From NCBI RefSeq assembly GCF_004102945.1, contig NZ_CP019384.1, positions 150,001 through 182,000 on the forward strand: a stretch of DNA of 32,000 nucleotides. The letters run 5' to 3'. Below are positions 31,831-32,000 of the stretch, in pieces. Position numbers and translations under genes: made by a program. The notes beneath the pieces are model-generated. The model was not told the DNA's origin and did not search any database. It saw only the letters and a list, made by a program, of their open reading frames with translations. Every line of letters begins with the position of its first letter. Position 1 is the stretch's first letter. The stretch is from Candidatus Velamenicoccus archaeovorus. GTDB taxonomy: Bacteria; Omnitrophota; Gorgyraeia; Velamenicoccales; Velamenicoccaceae.

Positions 31831-32000
31831 AAAAGATCATCCTTATCGGTAATCCCAATGTCGGCAAAAGTGTCATTTTCGCGCGCCTGACAGGCGTGCG
31901 CGTCATCACGTCCAATTATCCTGGAACGACGGTGGAATACCGCAAAGGGATCATGAGCGTCGGCGAGGAGACCTATGAAGTCATCGACATGCCGGGTACC
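31827..32000 (+). CDS. feoB: FeoB ferrous iron transporter, N-terminal GTPase domain (truncated by window end)
   Basis: There is an ATGA start/stop overlap with feoA. MKKIILIGNPNVGKSVIFARLTG..NYPGTTVE..VIDMPGT carries the G1 (GNPNVGKS), G2 (T) and G3 (DxPG) motifs of FeoB. Confidence 0.9.
   Translation, partial: MKKIILIGNPNVGKSVIFARLTGVRVITSNYPGTTVEYRKGIMSVGEETYEVIDMPGT

Overview
All 23 genes I can support lie on the + strand. No rRNA, tRNA, CRISPR array, transposase, integrase or recognisable defence gene was seen. Positions 636-17573 form a beta-glucoside/beta-glucan utilisation locus. It encodes a GH94 disaccharide phosphorylase and a CUT1-type ABC importer (lipoprotein binding protein plus two permeases, no ATPase). 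It also encodes four secreted proteins: a TPR-like::TIM-barrel glycosidase-like fusion, a tandem beta-sandwich (CBM-like) protein, a second TIM-barrel paralog, and a TPR::PKD-like protein. A cytoplasmic GH116-like enzyme and a ROK regulator complete the locus. The rest encodes a membrane-anchored coiled-coil protein, a LacI-family regulator, a UROD/MetE-like protein, a secreted Ala/Pro-rich acidic protein and a HAD phosphatase. It then encodes a yggT / 2x CNNM(DUF21-CBS) / thioredoxin-like::DsbD-like cluster, a K+-dependent-type membrane pyrophosphatase, ygiQ (radical SAM) and feoA-feoB (truncated at the window edge). The most unusual content is non-coding. (i) A structured 5' leader occurs twice (250-635 and 18135-18290), behind similar promoters, with compensatory base-pair changes. 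(ii) A second duplicated leader plus signal-peptide module occurs at 9612-9860 and 21798-22080, also with covariation. (iii) A family of inverted repeats built from short words (CAGAGAAC and others) occupies almost every spacer of the sugar operon, and in three genes it is translated as the signal-peptide hydrophobic core. (iv) There are a 45-bp tandem hairpin repeat, GC-rich palindromes and an AT-rich inverted-repeat-flanked 348-bp spacer between the two permease genes. The best protein-level candidate for an undescribed system is the four-gene secreted module at 7101-14099. Its TIM barrels match fungal GH72 motif order better than classical GH2, judged from memory. All family assignments come from motif reading only; no searches were run.
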